64,000 bases of DNA from the human T2T-CHM13v2.0 reference genome, Homo sapiens: assembly GCF_009914755.1 (NCBI RefSeq), contig NC_060930.1. One strand, 5' to 3'. Below, one piece after another: positions 53,566 through 64,000 of the stretch. The notes under the pieces are model-generated. The model was not told the origin of the DNA, searched no databases, and saw only the letters and a program-made list of their open reading frames with translations. Positions within the stretch are counted from its first letter, which is position 1. Every line of letters begins with the position of its first letter. The position numbers and the translations under genes are program-made.

Positions 53566-54044
53566 ATGATTTCAAGTTTTCCACAGTCCTAAAGTGACAT
53601 AAGAGATTGAAAGGCTGCTATTTACCAGACACAGACAAATAAATGGTAAGAGTGACCTCTAAGCTTGAATGAATTCGACAAAGTAGACTAGACTAGAGAT
53701 TGACAATCGCAATGGATTAAGGATGGTTCTGCCCTAAACCAGACAGGAGAAGTAGCGTCATGTTTGCAGATGCCAGTGTGGGTGAGTATAGATAACAAGT
53801 TGCCCCTGCCCTGCTAGGATCTAGTGAATGCTAAATAAGTCCAAGGAATTAGCTGCCTCCCAGAATGCAGTCAGGGGAGAAATAAAACTTCAGTTAACTC
53901 ATTTTGAAATAGAAATGACTATGTTTAACCAATAATTATCTAATACCTTTTTTTGCTTATAATACTGAATGGGCAATTAAAATAGAAATTAAGTCATATT
54001 ATAAAAATACTAAAACAAATACGTGTGTGGGTATGTTAGCCTTG

Positions 54045-54423
54045 TTTTTTTTCTTTTTTTTAAATCATACTTTAAGTTCTAGGGTACATGTGCACAACGT
54101 GCAGGTTTGTTACATGTGTATACATGTGCCTTGTTGGTGTGCTGCACCCATTAACTCATCATTTACTTTAGGTATATCTCCTAATGCTATCCCTCCCCCT
54201 CCCCCCACCCCATGACAGGCCCCGGTGTGTGCTGTTCCCCATCCTGTGTCCAAGTGTTCTCATTGTTCAATTCCCACCTATGAGTGAGAACATGTGGCGT
54301 TTGGTTTTCTGTCCTTGCAATAGTTTGCGCAGAATGATGACTTCCAGCTTCATCCATGTCCCTACAAAGGACATGAACTCATCCTTTTATATGGCTGCAT
54401 AGTATTCCATGGTGTATATGTGC
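54045..54423 (-). mobile_element. L1PA 3' end, 5'-truncated
   Basis: tactttaagttctagggtacatgtgcacaacgtgcagg...gtattccatggtgtatatgtgc. Confidence 0.93.
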
Positions 54424-55315
54424 ATTGTTGATTGAAATCTTCTAGAGAGAGGATACTTGCATCCTCAATAATGCTTAATGGAGTGATTGTTCTCAACAGA
54501 TATTTAATATATGCTTGCTGATTAATAACCAATATTTTTAAACGCAGACAAGATAAATGAGCTGCTGCAAGGTTTTGGTGAGCTTCCAGTGTTTGGCCAA
54601 GTTTAATATCAGTAATGTCTGTAGAATGAAATAATTATAATTAATAAAAAACCAAGAAAACAAAAAAAATGGGTTTTAATACACCAGGAATTTAAGCCTA
54701 ATATGATGCAAATAAATACACAGACAATTCTTACTAAAATTTAGATAATCCATTCCTTGGCTACATATATAAATATTACAAATATTTCATGTTGATGAAA
54801 CTCTATGTATTCTTTTGAAGTTTGTTCAAGAATAAAATATCTAATGACAGGAACAGTCAAAACTGACCACTTCTGCTATTTTTGGTCTAAAAAGTGCTAA
54901 ATCAACTATAAAAGGTTGATTTTTAAAAAAGAAAAAAAAAATCAAACTTCTGAAATGCCGTGCTTCTTCATTCATATAAACACTAAGTAAAATAGCAGAA
55001 CAGCATGAGCTCTGCCTTTTGACTTTGTAATGCTCTGTATGAAACCTAATTTAGACTTGGGAAAAATTATATCATCACCAGAACTAGCTTTGTACTTAAA
55101 GCATTAATGAGAAATGAAGGACTTTTCAGTGAAGTGTAAAGAAAAGATCCTTAGAAATGGGAGAGAAATAAAAGATGAAAAGACTTTGATTTTGGCTCTG
55201 TGGGGGAATTGAGAGCTTGTGCAAAGAAGGCATTACTTATTGTGTTAATCACCTAGCAGGATCTTCAGAATTCTTCTCCTGCACCTTCTCAGCATTACTC
55301 TGTGTCTTCCTACTT

Positions 55316-55395
55316 TGTTTTCTGGAAACGAATTTAAGCCTCTGAATAGATATTGTGTTTTCTGGAAATGAATTTAAACCTCTGAATAGATTCTG
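55316..55395. repeat. 2 x 40-bp tandem duplication
   Basis: tgttttctggaaa(c/t)gaatttaa(g/a)cctctgaatagat repeated at period 40. Confidence 0.9.
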
Positions 55396-55884
55396 TGGTT
55401 GGAGTCACTCAATAGTTGGTAAAATAAGTAGTACAAACACAAAAATGACAGTTTCTCCCCAGTATGGGTATTTCCCAAGCAAGAGTGCTGGAAGTATGGT
55501 TATAAGTAAGTGAGATATTATACTGCCCCTATATTATTATAATTTGAACTCTGTTGATGAGATATTTCAAAACCCAATTGAGAGAGATGTGCATAGAAAA
55601 AACTGTGCTGCAATTAAATACCATCTTTAATGGTAATTCAAAATAATTATGTGTATCTATTTCTTAAGAAACCAGTCACCAGTGAACTGATACTCTGTGC
55701 TATCCAATGTATTCTAGAGTGTGACACATGAAAATGATGAACCTATTTGAAAAATGACAAATGACTTTGGTACAAAATATTGCATATATATATAATATTG
55801 TTTTAAATAAATATGAAATACTGTTATAACAATATCTATTGTTTTATATATAACAGTATTTTATATTTATATTAAATAATATTT

Positions 55885-55942
55885 TAGATAGATTGATATA
55901 TAGATAGATAGATAGATACATACATACATACATACATACATA
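55885..55942. repeat. (TAGA)n(TACA)n compound microsatellite
   Basis: read directly. Confidence 0.9.
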
Positions 55943-56417
55943 TGCCTGAACATCATCTTCATGAAGAATCAAACAGGCCAAATGCCATGCATTTTTCTGG
56001 GACCTTTCTTAAATAAAATTTGGATCATTAAATGATACTGTTATTAAATTTTCCTTTATTTTTTGAAAACTGAGTAAAAGTAATTTTTTTGCTCTCAAAA
56101 AACAGAAGCTATCTCAAATTAGGGTAAGCTAGCTAGGACAGTTATTGATTCATATAACTGGGAAAAATAGAGGTGGAGCCAGGCCTGTGCCTGGGTCAAT
56201 TAGATGCAGAGCCTAAGTGGTGACATTATCATACCCTCTCTAACTCATCTCTTTATTGCTGCTTTGTCTGCAACTCTTTGAGCTTTGGCCTCATTACAGA
56301 CAACAAATAATAATGATGATGATGAAAATAGTAATAAGCAGGCTTTATACATATTGCAGGGTAATTAGTCACTTGTGGCTTTAGGCTTTCAGCCTTCTAA
56401 CTTAGTGATCACAGAGG

Positions 56418-56605
56418 AGTGATTCTCAAAGTGTGGTCCTTGGACTAGCGGCAACAGCAACCTAGAAACTTATTAGAAATGTAAATCCCAGGATCACATC
56501 AGACCCACTCTGAAACTCTGGATGTGTGGCACCTCACCCAAGTCTGTGTCTTAACATACCTTCCAGGTGATTCTGAAGGATTCTAAAATTTGAGGAACAT
56601 TGCCC
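56418..56605. mobile_element. MER5A hAT element
   Basis: agtgattctcaaagtgtggtcc...ttagaaatgtaaat...ccaggtgattctga...aaatttgaggaacattg. Confidence 0.75.
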
Positions 56606-57980
56606 TAGAGAAAAGAATGAGTGTCTCTTCTTTCAGCATGCAGCAATCTCAGAGTGGGATGCTTATTGGTGTGGCTTCGATAATGTTCAAACTTTTGAGT
56701 GAATGACTACATGCAGAAAAGTAGAAAATGGTAACAGTGTTGGCCCAAAGCATATGTTCACAACTCTGGACAGGAGAATGACATGCTGTGTTTAGAAACC
56801 CCTTCTGAATCACATGGGTAAAGCAAGAGTAGAAACTATTCTCAAAGTCAGGCAGTGTTGTTATGTATTAAAGGGGGAAAGTGTGCAGGATTGACCAAAA
56901 CACAGTAGACCTCTCCAAGTCAAAAATGACCCAGTTTAATATTTACCCCATAACATTTCTTGAAAGAAACACAGAACAGGTACAGATGCTACCGATTATA
57001 TATTACTAACATTCTTGGGAAACAAGAGTCATGTATTATTAATGTTACCCTTTACCACTGTGGAAAATTACAACATAGAAAGGTTAAATGACTTGTTCAA
57101 GGTTATTCATCTAATTATAAAGGCAAAACTAGACTAAACTGTACAAATGGGCAAGCTGGGAAATGTACTCTGTTGCCCAATATTTTGCTAGTATATTGTT
57201 TTGTAATTATAGCAAAACAAAGTTTTGCTAGTGGTTTTGCTAGTGTGATCCTGTGGTTGATAATATCTGGATGATAACATTCTCTCCTTCACCTGATTAT
57301 TTAACTTTATGTAACTCAAACTAAATATGTAGAAAACAGAATAGATTACAGGTTAGATTAATTAGCCAAGGCAAAAGAGTATGTCTTTATTGATGAAGAA
57401 TATCTCCTAAAACTTGAAGCTGTTGAAGCTACCTGGCAATAACATCCTTTGAAAAAGTTGTACCATAAAAACCCCAAAAGCTAGAAAGCCTACATTAAAA
57501 GAAAACAAATAATGTTTATAATCGTACCTTAAGTCTAACAAAAGTTCAACTCTGAAAGCACAGAGAGCAGCAGGCTTCATTAATCATGTCACTGACAAAC
57601 AGATGTATTTCAACTAATTCCAATGACACTTTAACTCTTTGAAGAACATAATTTCAGAAATCTACTTTGATTACCTTTCCAAACAACTATAACTAAGATA
57701 TATGAACACTGTGAACTTTACAATTTAAAAAATAAGCTTACCTGAGAACTTCTTTTCAGGAAAGTGCCTAAAAATCAATAAGCTATGGTACATCTCCATG
57801 CAAAAAAAAAACTTAGAAGATGGTTAGGATTTATTTTTTTCTCCTAACTTGCTCTATACATTTTTACAAATAAGAGTGATATTTTTGGAAAGGTGTAGTA
57901 ATCATCTATCATTCAGAGATGTCCAAAATCTATGGAAAATTCACTTCACATTTTGAGAAGTCTCTATATATGAACATATC

Positions 57981-61114
<3,134 letters not shown>

Positions 61115-61574
61115 TCATTCAATAAGGTACAATGAATAAAACTGTATTCCCCAACTTCCCTTCCCAGAAAAATGCTTTAGATTTCTTCAATGAGATGCAA
61201 CTACCTTGAACTTTGATTTGTAATTTAGCTATATGAAGAAACAGGCTCAACATGGACAATGTACTTTGCTGGCTTGGGTAGAGTCAGAGACTCCTGTTTG
61301 CATGGTTGACAGCAGTGACAAATTCCTAATACAACCAGCTCAGCATTGTGTTTCTGGGGCTGGTAGTGGGTAATGCGACAGCTTCTTCAATTAGGAATCT
61401 CAACTGTGGCAGAGCCAAAGTTGTTCTGGTGCCATTAGGGTCAGGAGAATCCTCCTCAACACAGTTCTGTGGTAAGAAGTGCTCCTGGCAATGGAATTTG
61501 AAGCTCAATGATTCTGTGAGCATCCAATGTGGCTTAATCAATTCTTTTCTACTTAAACTAGCTAACTCTTTCTT

Positions 61575-62432
61575 ATTTTTTTAATATAGGCATGTATCAC
61601 TATAAATTTCCCTCTTAGCACAACTATTGCTGCATCCGATAAGTTTTCGTTGGTGTATTTTCATTTTTGTCTATCTCAAGATATTTTCTGATTTCTTTTA
61701 ATTTCTTCTTTGACCCATTGGTTCTTCAAGAGTGTTGTTTATAAATTTCCATATGTTTGTGAATTTTTCATTTTTCAAAATTCTGTGTATGTTTGTTAGT
61801 TTCATAGGTCTATAGTTTTATTCACACCCTCTGTTTCCTTATTGACTTTTTGTCTTGATGTTCTGTCAATTACTAAAAGTGGGATATTGAAATTTCCTAC
61901 TATTATTGTGTTGCCTTCTATTTCGCTCTTCAGTTTTGTCAATGTTTGCTTCATATATTTAGATGCTCTGCTGTTGGATACCTACATATTTATAATTTGC
62001 AGATCTTCCTGGTGGATTGAACTTTTTATCATTGTAAAATGTCCTTTCTTATCTCTTATGACAGGTTTTAGCATAATGTCTATTTTATTTGATATAAGGA
62101 TAGCCACCCTACCGCTTTTTTGGTTACAATTTTAATAAAATGTCTTTTTTCACCCATTCCCTTTAAGCATACTTGTGTCCTTAAGGCTAAAGTGAATTCT
62201 TGTAGGTCGCATACAGTTGAGTTTTTTTTTTTTTTCAATCCATTCAGCCACTCTATGACTTTTTTTTAGGAATTTATTCCATTTACCTTTAAAGTAACTA
62301 TTGATAGGAAAAAAGTAACTATTGCCATTTTATGAGTAGTTTTCTGTTAGTCTTGTAGTTCTTTTGTTTGTCCTTTTCTCTCTTTCTATCTCTCTTTGTA
62401 TTTTGTTGATTTTTGTATCTGAAATGCTTTAA

Positions 62433-62478
<46 letters not shown>

Positions 62479-64000
62479 TACCTTCTATAGGTTTTTTTAT
62501 GGCTACCTTGGCACTTAAGTAAAATATTTTATAATAGTCCATATTAAGCAGATAACAGCTTATGTTCAATTGTATCCAGTAACTCTAACTTATTTTCTCC
62601 CTACACTTTATATTATTGTTGGCACTATGTTCATTTATTCATATTGTATATCTTTTACCATATATTTATTTATAGTTATTTTAACTAATTTTGTCTTTTA
62701 ACATTTACAGTTGAATTAAAAGTGTGTTACCCTCCATCATTACAGTAATATTCAGTATTTGTCTATATATTTGTATTTACCAATGAGTTTCATACTTTTC
62801 TATGCTATCATGTTGCTGTCTAGCATTTTTTTATTTCAAGTGGGAAAACTCCTTATAACATTTTTAAAGGCCAGTCCAGAGATGATGAACTTCTCAGTTT
62901 TTGTTTAATTGGGAAAGTCTTCATCTCTCATTCATTTTTGAAGGACAGTTTGCCTAGTATAGTATTATTATACTATTATTGATTGGCAGCTTTTTATTTC
63001 AGCTCTTTTAATATATCATCCTACACACTTTGCTTATTCATTGTTCTTTTAAACTTGGTGGACATATTATGACTTATTTTTAATTATCTTTCAAGAAAAT
63101 AATATAACTTCATTTCATTAAGACCTATTTTTGGAGGTCATTTTGTTTCTTTCTTTGGAACATTTCTCCCTAATTTTTCATTTTTCTTGACTCTTTTTTT
63201 CTTGACCGGTTTCTGTGCATTACCAAAACAGGCCCCTCTCCAAGTCTTTATGAACTGGCTTTGTACAGAAGAAATCCCTATCAATATGTCTGGTCAGAGA
63301 TTCTGGAGGACTCTACCATCTGTTTCCCTCCCTAGGAAGAAGCACGTGGCTATGGTTTTTGTCCACTCACTCTGCTGAGCCAGAAGTGGAGCTATAGCAT
63401 GTACCAGCCCAAACCTCTATCTCCATTCTTCCCTGGGAAGCTAGACTGTAGTGGCTCATCTGAACTTCAAGACTGGTGAGATAGATGCTAGTTCATGGAT
63501 AGCCTCAGAGAAATTGGCATACTCTATGTACTGATAAACTCTTTCCTACCCAAGAGAAGGCTGAGAGCTGAGATTTTTTTATCCACTTTCTCTGTGCTGA
63601 GCAGTGGCAAGGATGAAGATTACCTACCATCCCAAGCCATTATGTCCATTCTCCCTGGCTAGCTACATTGTGCTGGACCCATCAGAGCTCCAGGACTGGT
63701 GAGACAGTTGCTAATTATTTGGACAGTCCTAGAGAAACATGAGGTGCCAGACAAAGGGGTTAACTTTTTCCTCCTCAAAGGGAAGCTGAGAGCTGGAATT
63801 TCTCATCTGCCTGCTCTGTGCTGAGCAGAAGGGAGGATCAACTGTGTCTATCCACTCAAGTTGCTATCTCTACCCTCCCCTGAGTGACTAGACTACGCCA
63901 CACCTATCAGAGCTCCAAGACTGGCAGGACAAAAGCCAATCCTCTAAGGAGGCCCCTTAGGAAATATGGGGAACTAGACACACATACCGACATGTTCATT
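61575..64000 (-). mobile_element. Old L1M 5' portion (ORF2 start, ORF1 remnant, putative 5'UTR monomer array)
   Basis: antisense L1 motifs (tataaatttccctcttagcac, gtgggatattgaaatttcctactattattgtg, tcatttttgaaggacagtttgc) followed by ~225-bp repeats. Confidence 0.65.
62437..62479. repeat. (TG)n microsatellite
   Basis: read directly. Confidence 0.95.

Overview
Human (primate) genomic DNA, AT-rich and repeat-dense. The + strand carries the last five coding exons and 3' UTR of TINAG (tubulointerstitial nephritis antigen), a secreted papain/cathepsin-B-like C1A-domain basement-membrane protein. From recall these are exons 7-11, at 1873-2053, 3510-3555, 6671-6794, 32691-32736 and 41956-42090. They splice in frame through GT-AG junctions to ...GLVSHACYPLF...THAVKLTGWG...[18 protein letters not shown]...SSDEP*, with an AATAAA at 42279. 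Most of the rest is transposon debris (Alu, L1PA, old L1M, L2, MIR, MaLR/ERV LTRs, Tigger1, MER5A, MER58) plus microsatellites; most long ORFs in the track derive from these repeats. I found no prokaryote-type or wholly new gene system. The most interesting structure is around the 46-nt penultimate exon. It sits inside two nested pairs of inverted repeats (an inner L1PA pair and an outer Alu pair) and has a well-formed 41-nt cryptic exon downstream. Both its skipping and inclusion of the cryptic exon shift the last exon into the same NMD-escaping alternative frame. Other points: a likely L1 3' transduction, a TSD-less L1 with a fold-back junction, AT-rich cruciform candidates, a 70-bp dispersed duplication and a ~225-bp monomer array. 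Repeat subfamily names are from recalled consensus sequences, not a search.
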